DNA from: an uncultured delta proteobacterium
GTDB taxonomy: Bacteria; Desulfobacterota; RBG-13-43-22
Length of the DNA: 64,000 bases
Assembly (NCBI GenBank): GCA_963743305.1
Contig: CAVUPH010000008.1
Location: 32,001-96,000, forward strand
Reading direction: 5' to 3'
Under the pieces are notes generated by a model. That model was not told where the DNA came from, made no database searches, and worked only from the letters and a program-made list of their open reading frames with translations. Below are positions 41,966 to 51,850 of this stretch, piece after piece. Numbering within the stretch: position 1 is the first letter of the stretch; each line of letters opens with the position of its first letter. The translations under genes and the position numbers were made by a program.

Positions 41966-43327
41966 TCACTTTTTTCGGCTGCGGCCGTCCGTTTCCGGCA
42001 CCTCCAACTGCAAGGCCTTTATTTTTCGGTAGAGGGAGCTCACATCAATACCCAGCTCCCGGGCGGCCTGTTTCCGGTTTCCCGAACAACGCCATAAGGT
42101 TTCCAGGATGAGCCGCTTTTCCATGGCCTCCAGGCTCATCGGGCCGAAGGTTTCCCCGGTGGAATCAGCGGGCGGACGCATTTCAGGAGGCAGATGCGTC
42201 ATCTCGATCAACCCGCCGCGGCAGAGCACAAAAGCCTGCTCGATAATGTTTTCCAGTTCCCGGATATTGCCCGGATAATCATACTCCAACAGCCGGGCCA
42301 TGGCCTCCTGGGAAATCCCGGCAATCTGCTTTCCCTGCAGGCGGTTGAACTTGGCCACTAGATGATCCACCAGGAGCGGGATGTCTTCCCGCCGTTCCTT
42401 CAGGGGCGGCAGCTTCAGATGGATAACATGCAGGCGGTAATAGAGGTCCTCGCGAAACCGGCCGGCCTGAATGAGCCCGGTCAGGTCCTGATGGGTGGCG
42501 GCCACGACCCGGACATCCACCGGGACAGGTTCGAGACCCCCTAGAGGCTCAACCTGGCGTTCCTGGAGCACCCGCAGCAGGCGTACCTGCATGGCCGGCG
42601 AGATATCGCCGATTTCATCTAAGAACAGGGTCCCCCCGTTGGCCAGGACAAAGCGGCCCACCTTTTCCCGTTTGGCGTCGGTAAAGGCCCCGGCCTTGTG
42701 CCCAAACAGTTCGCTTTCCAGCAGGGTGTCCGGCAGGGCCGCGCAGTTCAAGGCCAGGAAACGCTTTTTCCGGCGGGGAGACTGGTTGTGAATAGCCTTG
42801 GCGAAAAGTTCTTTCCCGGTGCCGCTGGGGCCCTCAATCAGCACCGTACTGTTGCTTTCGGCAATCTGAGGGACCACCTCGAATAACTGCATCATGGCCG
42901 GACTTCGTCCGATGATGTCCTCAAACGAATGCCGGTTGAGCAATTCTTTTTGCAGCTCCTCGACCTGGCTGAGGTCCTGAAAAGTTTCCACTCCGCCGAT
43001 GACCTCTCCGGCGCTGTTTTCTAGAATGGCGGTGCCGATGCGGATCGGCACCCGTTGTCCCCGGTTGTTGATGATGCCGGCGGTGGCGTTAACGATCGGA
43101 TGGCCGGTGGTGAAGGTTCGCTTGAGGGCACAATCCTTTTCACAGATATCGGCGTGAAACACATCGGAACAGGAGCGGCCGAGGGCCTTCCTTCGGGACA
43201 CGCCGGTTATCCGTTCCGCGGCCCGGTTAAAAGCCGTAATTCGCCAGTCGGGACCAACCGTAAACACCCCTTCGTTGATGGAATCCAGGATAACGTCTCG
43301 TAGACCTATTTCCTCCTCCATTTTCAT
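41966..43327 (-). CDS. orpR: OrpR-like PAS sigma54 activator with a Cx8Cx3C Fe-S motif
   Basis: CSDVFHADICEKDC, GPSGTGKE, GAFTDA and an HTH. Divergent from a NifX-family gene, as in orp loci. Confidence 0.8.
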   Translation of the reverse strand: MKMEEEIGLRDVILDSINEGVFTVGPDWRITAFNRAAERITGVSRRKALGRSCSDVFHADICEKDCALKRTFTTGHPIVNATAGIINNRGQRVPIRIGTAILENSAGEVIGGVETFQDLSQVEELQKELLNRHSFEDIIGRSPAMMQLFEVVPQIAESNSTVLIEGPSGTGKELFAKAIHNQSPRRKKRFLALNCAALPDTLLESELFGHKAGAFTDAKREKVGRFVLANGGTLFLDEIGDISPAMQVRLLRVLQERQVEPLGGLEPVPVDVRVVAATHQDLTGLIQAGRFREDLYYRLHVIHLKLPPLKERREDIPLLVDHLVAKFNRLQGKQIAGISQEAMARLLEYDYPGNIRELENIIEQAFVLCRGGLIEMTHLPPEMRPPADSTGETFGPMSLEAMEKRLILETLWRCSGNRKQAARELGIDVSSLYRKIKALQLEVPETDGRSRKK

Positions 43328-43477
43328 CCCCAGGCCTCCAGTACCTCACTACTATTAATCGTGCAAAATAAAATCTTTTTCTTTCAATAGAATAGTATTT
43401 TGAATGACTATTGTCAACGATACAAGGGAAAGATTTCCCAACCAGCCGCTTTTAAACAACTATTTAATCGCCGGGCC

Positions 43478-43494
43478 TTGGCCCCCGGATTGCA
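43478..43494 (+). promoter_or_regulatory. Sigma54 promoter
   Basis: TTGGCCCCCGGATTGCA just upstream of the ATG at 43508. Confidence 0.75.
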
Positions 43495-43507
43495 TTTTAT
43501 AGGATTC

Positions 43508-43879
43508 ATGAAGGTCGCAGTGGCTCATTGGCAGGGGAGGGTAGCTCCGGTGTTTGACGTATCGGACAACGTCTACCTGATCCAGTGTACGGGAGGGCGG
43601 GAAGTCAAGCGGGAAAAAATAACCCTGAACTGCCATGATCCCTTCCACCGGGCCAAAGAGGTAACCGGCTTAGGGACGCAAACCCTGATCTGCGGAGCGG
43701 TTTCGACCCCTCTGGAGACAGCCCTGGAGGCGGCCGGGGTCCGGGTCATCGGGTTTATCTGCGGCGACCTGGAGGTGGTCCTCCGGGCCTTTTTGTGTGG
43801 GATCGCTGCATCGACCCTGCTTTCGAATGCCCGGCTGGGTTCCCCGGGGCCGGCCAACCCGCTGCCGCAGGCTAATTAA
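43508..43879 (+). CDS. NifB/NifX family protein (3' end may be frameshifted)
   Basis: GRVAPVFDVS, LICGAVS and VIGFICG. Confidence 0.8.
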   Translation: MKVAVAHWQGRVAPVFDVSDNVYLIQCTGGREVKREKITLNCHDPFHRAKEVTGLGTQTLICGAVSTPLETALEAAGVRVIGFICGDLEVVLRAFLCGIAASTLLSNARLGSPGPANPLPQAN

Positions 43880-43930
43880 CTGGAACCCGGAGATGCGGAA
43901 ATGGAAAAAAACGGAAAGGGGGTGATTTGT

Positions 43931-44176
43931 ATGCCTCGTGGTGATAAAACGGGACCGTTGGGCCAAGGCCCCATGACCGGCCGGGGCGCCGGGCCCTGTA
44001 CTACCGGTTCTTCGAAGGGCCTTCTGGGCCGGAAATTAAACGGCGATTTTGGGCAACCGGGTTCTTTTCAACGGAAGGCCGGTAACGGTTTTCTGGGTTG
44101 GTTCGGTCTGGGCTTGGGTCGAGGCCGGGGTAGTCTTTCGGGCCTGGGAAGCCGTCGTCGTTGGTTCAACTGGTAA
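43931..44176 (+). CDS. DUF5320-like Gly/Arg-rich small protein
   Basis: MPRGDKTGPLGQGPMTGRGAGPC. Confidence 0.75.
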   Translation: MPRGDKTGPLGQGPMTGRGAGPCTTGSSKGLLGRKLNGDFGQPGSFQRKAGNGFLGWFGLGLGRGRGSLSGLGSRRRWFNW

Positions 44177-44235
44177 TCAATGTTTTCTAATCTATACTCA
44201 AACAGAAATTCAACCACCGGAAAGGAGGTTCGATC

Positions 44236-44596
44236 ATGCCCAGAGGGGACAGGACAGGGCCCATGGGAATGGGGCCGATGACCGGCCGGGGAGGCGGGTA
44301 TTGCACCGGCTCCGGGAGGCCCGCATTTAATCAGGGAGGCTGGGGTAGCTTTTTCAGCAACGGCCCGGGTCTGGGTTCCGGCTGGGGAGGCGGCGGCCGA
44401 GGGTTATGCCGTTGGTTCTTCGGTGCCGGTCTGCCGGCCTGGAGGCGTTTCGCCGGTGGGGGTGCTTCCGTTCGAAGGATCGGATCCGGATTTGGAAAAA
44501 CGGTCGCTGAAAGGCCAGGCGGAAGCCTTGCAGTCCGAGTTGGACAGGATCAAAAAACGCATTCAGGAAATGGAATCCCGCCCCGCCTCCGAGTAA
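44236..44596 (+). CDS. DUF5320 family protein; indel near 44480
   Basis: MPRGDRTGPMGMGPMTGRGGGYC. The shifted frame gives the coiled coil LKGQAEALQSELDRIKKRIQEME to TAA at 44594. Confidence 0.8.
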
Positions 44597-44606
44597 ACCC
44601 GCTGCA

Positions 44607-44646
44607 AAAGGCGGCCCGTCTCCCGGTAGGGAGGCAGGCCGCCTTT
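44607..44646 (+). terminator. Intrinsic terminator-like hairpin
   Basis: aaaggcggcc-cgtctccc...gggaggca-ggccgccttt after the stop codon. Confidence 0.6.
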
Positions 44647-44793
44647 ATAAATTTTCCCTGGCGCCCGGAACGCCCCGGTTCCCGTCAGGCTGAACCCCTC
44701 AGAGAACCGTCAGCCGGACATTCCCTCGCTGGACGGCGTTTCGATTTGACACCCATGGCCAGGACCTCCGCGGTGTAGGAATTCCCCAGGATA

Positions 44794-45265
44794 TCAGGAC
44801 ACTACCCAGACGGTGCAGTTGCCGGCATGATTTACGATCTTGCTGGAGACACTCCCGAAGAGAAACTGCTCTTTTCTGGAAAGACCCTGCCGGCCCACCA
44901 CGATGGTATCGTACTTTGTCTCCTCTCGTTCAGCGAGAATACACTCGGCCAGGGAGGGGCAGTAACGGAGGGGTAGATCGAACCGATACCTTGGATGGGT
45001 CGAAGCCGGCATCGATAAGGATTTGACGGTACGATTCCAAAAGGCTCCCCATTTTGGCCCGATATTTTTCGAGCCATTGATCCTTCTCGGCCGAACTGGG
45101 GAAATAGTCCTCTTCCGGGTCCTGGATGATATGCAGAATGGTCACCTTGGAGTCGGGTATCCCTCCGAGCAATTGGGCCACGTAAGAAACGGCCCGCTGG
45201 GAATTCTCAGACCCGTCGACGGCGATAAGAAAGTTCTTGTTGAATTTCTTGGTCTCATCAGGCAT
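44794..45265 (-). CDS. Universal stress protein; one indel
   Basis: LIAVDGSENS...TIVVGRQG..FGSVSSKIV..CTVWVV. Confidence 0.88.
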
Positions 45266-46225
45266 GGGATTCCTCCATTTTCTTTCCCTTCCGTCCGGAA
45301 AGGTCCTGAAACTCCGAAAGGTCGTCCAATAGTTGGGAGGTATGGTCATAGAACCATTTAGCGCCGACCGAAAAATGGAGGAGAATCCGGTTCAGGGATT
45401 CGGGTAGGTAAGGATAAACCTTCTTCAAATTGACCACCCGGTTATTGAAGACAATATTCCGGTCCTCCTCCCGCAAATGGCTCACTGCGGGGTGATCGGA
45501 CCTTTTAAGGTCCTGCAACAAAACGTCCCCTTTCCCCACCAAGAAAGCCAGGATATTGCCCAACCCGAAGAGGTCGTAGCCGTAAATATTTTCCCGGTGG
45601 CGGTAGTTGTAGTCAAAATCGATCCAGCGATAGTCTTTCGTGTCCTGGTCGATCAGGATATGATCGCGACGGATGTCCCCGTGCTTCTCTCCATGCTCAT
45701 GGAGAAAACGAATCGCCTCGATACATTCCCGATATTGGAGCAGGATATTTGGAAAATGCTCATAGAAATAGGTCTCATGATCCAGCGGCAGATTTTGGAT
45801 ATGGGCTGAAACCGGATTGCCCACGATGAAATCCAGGATCCGGACGATATTCCCTTTTTCATCTTTCTCGGAAAAGCCCTGCATGAAATTTTTCCGCCCC
45901 ACCACCAAGGCCAGGATGCGGGCCTCTTTCTTGGGGCTTCGAAAGCACTCGAATTGGATGCCTCCGACATTCGAAAAAAAATTTTCATAAAAACCAGCTT
46001 TATGATTTTCTTACTTCCATCCTCCAGGTCGATGGCGTTTTTAACCCAGAATTTGGGCTCATCGTCAAGCCCGAATCGCATTTCCTTGGCGTTGTGCCGA
46101 ATAAGGTACGGGTGTTCTCTCAGAATAACCACATCGCCATATTCCACACGGAAGAAATCCGTGGTATCGGTATGGACTTGAATACGGTGGGGCATCTGCG
46201 CCTGAGGCAGCCAACGGGAGGCCAT
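45258..46225 (-). CDS. Protein-kinase-like (Ser/Thr kinase fold) protein; indel near 45975
   Basis: KIIKLVF, HGDIRRDHI, WIDFD and YDLFGLG. Confidence 0.75.
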
Positions 46226-46483
46226 TTCAAAAAGCCTGTCTTGGGCCGTAGGAGTTACCTAGGGGAGGCCGGGTGTCTTTACCCATCCTAAAGGGTTAAA
46301 GTTTGCGCTAAACTCTTTCCTGCTAAAAAACCGGTTTTACTTTTGAGTCTTTTCCATATTAAAACCATCCCATCCGGATTCGTCAACTTTTTTAGAGCTG
46401 GCTATAATTCTTCCCCTCTTGGAAACAGCTTTCCACTTTGACCTTCCGAAAGATATGAAGTATAAGTATACTACTTACTTATA

Positions 46484-46774
46484 GTGTTATCTCAAATATT
46501 TTATCGTGCAAATCACCTATGGCTGATCGAACCTGTAAACGCTGTTCTATCAATCGGGTCAATACCCTGGTGGCGGCCTATCATCGGGCTTTCACCCGGA
46601 AAGAGGAATCCTTATCGGGAGAAACTCCATAAGGTAGTTCTTTGGGTTAAAACCCAGGGGTTTGAGGCCGGTGAACTTTTGTCTCCCGGCTTGTCCGACC
46701 AGGATTTAAGGGCCCTCTGCTGGAACGTCTCCTCCTTCCTGGAAGATGAAGATATTAAGCGGATATTTGGTTGA
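46484..46774 (+). CDS. Hypothetical protein
   Basis: 96-aa ORF upstream of an activator, with no motif recognised. Confidence 0.3.
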   Translation: MLSQIFYRANHLWLIEPVNAVLSIGSIPWWRPIIGLSPGKRNPYREKLHKVVLWVKTQGFEAGELLSPGLSDQDLRALCWNVSSFLEDEDIKRIFG

Positions 46775-46814
46775 TACGATTTTTAGGGACTAAAATTTTT
46801 TCGGAGAAGAACGA

Positions 46815-48560
46815 TTGGAACGGCAATCCCCTGAGAAGCCGATAAACCCTCCGTTCGCCTTCAGCGGTGAAGCCATACTGGTCTTGGACCGCAACCTGAG
46901 GGTAATGGGTTTCAATGACCTGGCCCAGCGCCTTTTAAGGCCGGACTTCATGCCCGGAGAAGGGATCCATTTGGATCAGGTCTTCGAGGGCCCTTACCTG
47001 GCCAAGGTGTCAGCCGCTATCGACCAATCCTTGGGTAGGGGGGAAGGTTCCCATGGATTGGAGGCCCGAGCCCTGGATACTCAGGGGATGGTCTTTGATT
47101 GTCATTATTCCGTCAATCCCCTGATCGGGATCAATCATCAGGTAATCGGCGTCATCCTGACCATATTGGATGCCGACTACGCCCCCTTAACGGTTCAAAA
47201 CCGCCTGGACCCGTTGGCGGAACTTCCCCGAATGCCCCCCTTGAATTATGAAAGTCTCCTGGAACATTTGGCGGAAGGGATCTTCACTATCAACACCCGC
47301 TGGCGGATCACCTCCTTCAACCAGCCTGCCGAAAAAATCACCGGGTATAAGCGGAATGAAGTCCTGGGGCGGTATTGTTGGGATATCTTTCGCTCGGACG
47401 TCTGTAAGGGAGACTGTCCTTTACGGACGAGCCTGGAAAGCGGGATCACTCGCTTTGACCAGGATGTGCGTATGTTGGATAAGAGCGGGGCCAAACTTCC
47501 GGTTTTAGTCAACACCAACGTGGTTCGAGACCGAAGCGGAGGGGTTATCGGGGCGGTGGAGACCTTTCGCTTGATTACCCATCTGGAAGAATGCGTCAAC
47601 CTATCCCCGGCGCAATATTCTTTTTCAGCCATTATCGGACGAAGCCAGTCCATGCAGCGGTTTTTCCAGATCCTGCCGGATGTGGCGGCCAGCGATGCCA
47701 ATGTCTTGATCCAGGGAGAAAGCGGAACCGGCAAAGAATTGGTGGCTCGGGCTATCCACCACCACTCCCCTTTTCGGGAAGGGCCGTTCGTGGCCGTAAA
47801 TTGTTCGGCCCTGGCGGAGTCGCTGCTGGAATCCGAGCTCTTCGGACACGAAAAAGCGGCCTTTACAGGGGCCATTCGCTCCAAGGTGGGACGCTTTGAA
47901 CTGGCCCGCAGCGGAACCCTGTTCTTAGATGAGATCGGGGAATTGAAACCCGAACTGCAAGTCAAGCTCCTTCGAGTGCTGGAGCAACGGGTTTTTGAAC
48001 GAGTGGGCGGCAACCGACTGATTCCCATGCAGGCCAGGATTATCAGCGCCACCAACCGCGACCTAATCAAGGCCTTAGGGGATGGAAGTTTCCGGGAAGA
48101 CCTCTTCTATCGCCTCCGCACGGTCCCCATCACCCTACCGCCGCTCCGGGAAAGACCGGAAGATATTCCCTTACTGGTGGAGCATTTCCTTTCCCGCCTG
48201 AATAAAAAACATAAAAAAACCGTGCGGGGTCTGGATCCCAAATTGATGAGTCATTTTTTGGACTATTCCTGGCCTGGAAATGTGCGCGAACTGGAGCGGA
48301 TGCTGGAATACGCCTATATCTTTGTCAAAGGGCCGGTCATTTTCCCCAGCAATCTACCGGCCATGGAGGAATTGATGCGTGAACGTCTCCCAGAACCAGG
48401 ACAAGCCGGACACCCCCGGAGGAAAGCTAAAGACCTGGAGAAAGATCTCCTCCGCGAGGCCCTGGAGCGGGCCGGAGGGCGGCGATTGGAAGCGGCCACG
48501 ATCCTAGGAATAAGCCGGACTTCTCTCTGGAGAAAAATGAAATTACTGGATATTAATTGA
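46815..48560 (+). CDS. Dual-PAS sigma54 activator with a Cx8Cx3C motif
   Basis: [36 protein letters not shown] and an HTH. Confidence 0.92.
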   Translation: MERQSPEKPINPPFAFSGEAILVLDRNLRVMGFNDLAQRLLRPDFMPGEGIHLDQVFEGPYLAKVSAAIDQSLGRGEGSHGLEARALDTQGMVFDCHYSVNPLIGINHQVIGVILTILDADYAPLTVQNRLDPLAELPRMPPLNYESLLEHLAEGIFTINTRWRITSFNQPAEKITGYKRNEVLGRYCWDIFRSDVCKGDCPLRTSLESGITRFDQDVRMLDKSGAKLPVLVNTNVVRDRSGGVIGAVETFRLITHLEECVNLSPAQYSFSAIIGRSQSMQRFFQILPDVAASDANVLIQGESGTGKELVARAIHHHSPFREGPFVAVNCSALAESLLESELFGHEKAAFTGAIRSKVGRFELARSGTLFLDEIGELKPELQVKLLRVLEQRVFERVGGNRLIPMQARIISATNRDLIKALGDGSFREDLFYRLRTVPITLPPLRERPEDIPLLVEHFLSRLNKKHKKTVRGLDPKLMSHFLDYSWPGNVRELERMLEYAYIFVKGPVIFPSNLPAMEELMRERLPEPGQAGHPRRKAKDLEKDLLREALERAGGRRLEAATILGISRTSLWRKMKLLDIN

Positions 48561-48770
48561 TGTTTCACATTTGTTTCATTTGTTTCATTTTAGTTTCTTT
48601 TGCTATTTAATAATTATAATATTGATTTAATTAATAATTTTATTAAACTGCCTTAGCAGTATATCCCCCATTGAAACATTTATACTGGCCGCCTTTACTT
48701 AAAAAAATTGCCAAAATATTAATTTATTACATTAAATAAATAAGTTATATTATTAGGCATATCTATTGCA
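48561..48770 (+). promoter_or_regulatory. Sigma54 promoter with upstream TGTTTCA repeats
   Basis: AGGCATATCTATTGCA at 48755-48770, TGTTTCA at 48561, 48572 and 48581, an inverted TGAAACA at 48672, and an AT-rich spacer. Confidence 0.75.
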
Positions 48771-48825
48771 ATCTAAAGAAGACATGAAACTTGGTTGAAA
48801 TAATACGAATTGCAGGAGGTCTAGG

Positions 48826-49290
48826 GTGAGTCGAGAACAAATCACAATTGATGATATCTTAGAGCGGTATCCCGGCCGGCCGGAGTATCTTATTTTTTTA
48901 CTCCAGGATATCCAAAGCGCTTACAACTACGTGTCTCCGGAGGCCCTCAACCTGGTTTGCGACCACGTGGGGGTTCCGTTAACCCAAGCCTATGCCGTCG
49001 CCACCTTTTATAAGTCTTTCAGTCTGGAGCCCAAAGGGGAGCACGAAATCAAGGTCTGTCTGGGAACGGCCTGCCATCTGAAAGGCGGCGAGCGGCTGAT
49101 CGAAGATTGGGAAAGGAAACTGAAGGTCAAGGCGGGAGAAACCACGCCGGACCTTAAATTCACCTTGGATTCCGTCAACTGTTTGGGCTGTTGTGCCCTG
49201 AGTCCGGTGATGGTGGTGGACGAGGAATACCATGCCAAGGCCAGTGCCAGTACCATCAACAAGATCCTCAAGAAATTTGCTAACGAATAA
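48826..49290 (+). CDS. NuoE/HydC-like [2Fe-2S] subunit
   Basis: VATFY, VCLGTACH and CLGCC. Confidence 0.93.
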   Translation: MSREQITIDDILERYPGRPEYLIFLLQDIQSAYNYVSPEALNLVCDHVGVPLTQAYAVATFYKSFSLEPKGEHEIKVCLGTACHLKGGERLIEDWERKLKVKAGETTPDLKFTLDSVNCLGCCALSPVMVVDEEYHAKASASTINKILKKFANE

Positions 49291-49309
49291 CGGAAAGAAG
49301 GAAGAGCCT

Positions 49310-51211
49310 ATGGAACAGGAAAATTTATTGACGGTCTTGGCGGCCCAACGTCTTCCGAATGCCGAAAAACTGAAAGACCTGCGGGTAACTTTTTTATCGG
49401 AAAAAGATCCCCAACAAAGGGAAGTTATTGTCTGTTACGGCACCGGTTGCCTGGCCGCCGGGGCGGCGAAGGTGGAACAGGCCTTTAAGAAGGTCTTAGC
49501 CAAGGGCGGGCTGAATATAAAAGTGAAGCCTTTGATCAAGGCCACCGGCTGCCGGGGATTTTGCTCTCGGGGGCCCCTGGTGGTGATCCAGCCGGAAGGG
49601 ATATTCTACCAAAAGGTAGGCGTTGAAGATGTGGAAGAGGTCATTGAGAAGACCCTGCGGGGAGGGGAAATCATCGAGCGGTTGACCTACCAGGACCCCC
49701 AGAGCGGTGAATTCATCCCGAAGGAAAAAGACATCCCCTTCTATCAACTCCAACATCGTTTGGTCTTGAGCCGCATCGGTTCCGTCGATCCCACCGATAT
49801 CCGGGATACGATTGCGGCCGGGGGCTATCAAGCGTTAGCCCGGGCACTGATGTCCATGACCCCGGAGGACGTGCTCAACCAAGTTGAAAAATCAGGACTG
49901 CGGGGACGGGGCGGGGCCGGCTTTCCCACCGGCCGCAAGTGGCGCAGTGCGCTGCGTGCCAAAGAAAAAAAGAATCAGCCGATTTATGTGGTTTGCAACG
50001 GCGACGAAGGGGACCCCGGGGCCTTTATGGACTGTATGGTCATGGAGGGGGACCCCCATGCCGTATTGGAAGGGATGATCTTAGGGGCCTATGCCCTGGG
50101 CTCCGGCCAAGGGTATATCTATGTCCGGGCCGAGTACCCTATCGCCATCAAACACTTGAACCTGGCTATGGATCAGGCCCGCGCCCTGGGGCTCCTGGGA
50201 GAAAATATCCTGGGCACGGACTTTTCCTTTGATATCCAGATCAACCGCGGTGCCGGGGCCTTTGTCTGCGGGGAATCCACGGCCCTTTTTGCCTCCCTGG
50301 AGGGCAAGGCCGGGGAACCGAAACCCAAGTATATCCGTTCCGTCGAGGAAGGTCTCTGGGGCCGTCCCACGGTTTTAAATAACGTCGAGTCCTGGGCCAA
50401 TATCCCGATGATCATTGCCCAGGGGGGGGACTGGTACGCCGGTCTGGGCGTTCCCCACAGTACGGGGACCAAAGTCTTCTCGCTGGTGGGCAAAGTCAAC
50501 AACGTGGGACTGGTGGAGGTCCCCATGGGGATCTCCCTTTCGAAAATCGTGGAGGAGATCGGGGGCGGGGTCCCCGGTGGAGAGCCCTTTAAGGCGGTTC
50601 AAACCGGCGGCCCTTCCGGAGGATGCATTCCTTATTCCCTGAAGGACGTGGCGGTGGACTACGATTCCCTGACCAAGGCGGGGTCTATGATGGGCTCCGG
50701 GGGGATGATTGTCATGGACCACCGGGATTGCGTGGTGGATATCGCCCGGTATTTTCTCCGGTTTCTGGAAGAAGAATCCTGCGGGAAATGCATGCCCTGC
50801 AGGCTGGGCCTGACCCGGATGCGGGAGATGCTCGATGCCTTTAGCCGGGGCCAGGGAACGGAGCAGGACCTGGAGGATTTGAACAGTCTGGCTCAGGCGA
50901 TCAAAGACGGCTCTCTCTGCGCCTTGGGGGGAAGCGCTCCCAATCCGGTTTTGACCACCATCCGCTATTTCCGGGACGAATACTTAGCCCATATTTTAGA
51001 AAAGCGCTGCCCGGCCGGGGTTTGCAAGGCCCTCATCACCTATGAGATCGACGGGGATAAATGCACCGGCTGTATGGCCTGTGCCCGCAATTGCCCGCAG
51101 GCCTGTATCTCCGGGGAAAAGAAGAAACCCCATGTCATCGATGCGTCTCGCTGCATCCGTTGCGGGGTTTGTCTGGAATCTTGCAAATTTGAAGCCGTAA
51201 AGGTTTTTTAG
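49310..51211 (+). CDS. NuoF/HydB-like NADH/FMN subunit with an N-terminal [2Fe-2S] and C-terminal ferredoxin
   Basis: GLRGRGGAGFPTG, DEGDPGAFMD, GAFVCGE, GGPSGG, ESCGKCMPCR and 2x[4Fe-4S]. Confidence 0.95.
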   Translation: MEQENLLTVLAAQRLPNAEKLKDLRVTFLSEKDPQQREVIVCYGTGCLAAGAAKVEQAFKKVLAKGGLNIKVKPLIKATGCRGFCSRGPLVVIQPEGIFYQKVGVEDVEEVIEKTLRGGEIIERLTYQDPQSGEFIPKEKDIPFYQLQHRLVLSRIGSVDPTDIRDTIAAGGYQALARALMSMTPEDVLNQVEKSGLRGRGGAGFPTGRKWRSALRAKEKKNQPIYVVCNGDEGDPGAFMDCMVMEGDPHAVLEGMILGAYALGSGQGYIYVRAEYPIAIKHLNLAMDQARALGLLGENILGTDFSFDIQINRGAGAFVCGESTALFASLEGKAGEPKPKYIRSVEEGLWGRPTVLNNVESWANIPMIIAQGGDWYAGLGVPHSTGTKVFSLVGKVNNVGLVEVPMGISLSKIVEEIGGGVPGGEPFKAVQTGGPSGGCIPYSLKDVAVDYDSLTKAGSMMGSGGMIVMDHRDCVVDIARYFLRFLEEESCGKCMPCRLGLTRMREMLDAFSRGQGTEQDLEDLNSLAQAIKDGSLCALGGSAPNPVLTTIRYFRDEYLAHILEKRCPAGVCKALITYEIDGDKCTGCMACARNCPQACISGEKKKPHVIDASRCIRCGVCLESCKFEAVKVF

Positions 51212-51229
51212 TTAAAGGAGGTCCGCGCA

Positions 51230-51847
51230 ATGATACCCTTTAAAATAAATGAACAGGATGTGGAGGCCCAGGAAGGCTGGACGATTCTGGAGACGGCCAA
51301 ACAGTACGGCATCCACATTCCGACCCTCTGCTACCACGAGTCCGTCGCCCCCAGCGGGGCCTGTCGCCTGTGTGTAGTGGAAATTCGGGAAGGCGACTGG
51401 TCCAAGATCGTTATTTCCTGCATGTATCCGGTGCAATCCGGGTTAACGGTCTTGACCGATAGTGAACGGGTCCGTAATGTCCGCCGCTGGATTCTGGAAA
51501 TGCTGCTGGCCGAATGCCCGGCCAGCAAGGAACTGCAAAAATTGGCCGCCGAATATGGCGTCACGGAGACCCGCTTTACCATCAAAAACCCGAAGGAGGA
51601 ATGCATGTTGTGCGGTTTGTGCGCTCGAGTCTGCCGGGAGGTAGTCGGGGTCTCGGCCATCACCACTATCGGCCGGGGGGTCCACAAAAAGATCGGCGCG
51701 CCCTACGGGAGACCTTCCGAATCTTGCGTGGCCTGCGGGTCCTGTGTCAGCGTCTGTCCCACTGGAGCGATGCGCACCCGCATAGACAGTATACGCGGCC
51801 TGGGTCAAGCCAAAACCGGCCATTCCCACCAGGCTAAGGAGGTATGA
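51230..51847 (+). CDS. NuoG N-terminal/HoxU-like Fe-S subunit with no catalytic domain
   Basis: IPTLC, GACRLC, SC, CMLCGLC..C and CVACGSCVSVCP. Confidence 0.92.
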   Translation: MIPFKINEQDVEAQEGWTILETAKQYGIHIPTLCYHESVAPSGACRLCVVEIREGDWSKIVISCMYPVQSGLTVLTDSERVRNVRRWILEMLLAECPASKELQKLAAEYGVTETRFTIKNPKEECMLCGLCARVCREVVGVSAITTIGRGVHKKIGAPYGRPSESCVACGSCVSVCPTGAMRTRIDSIRGLGQAKTGHSHQAKEV

Positions 51848-51850
51848 GGT

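Noticed and set aside
28613-43879. NifB/NifX and NifU domains as evidence of nitrogen fixation
   Set aside because: There is no nifHDK, and the context matches the orp system.
48826-51847. Respiratory complex I or [FeFe]-hydrogenase
   Set aside because: There are no membrane nuo genes and no H-cluster domain; the third subunit is only 205 aa.
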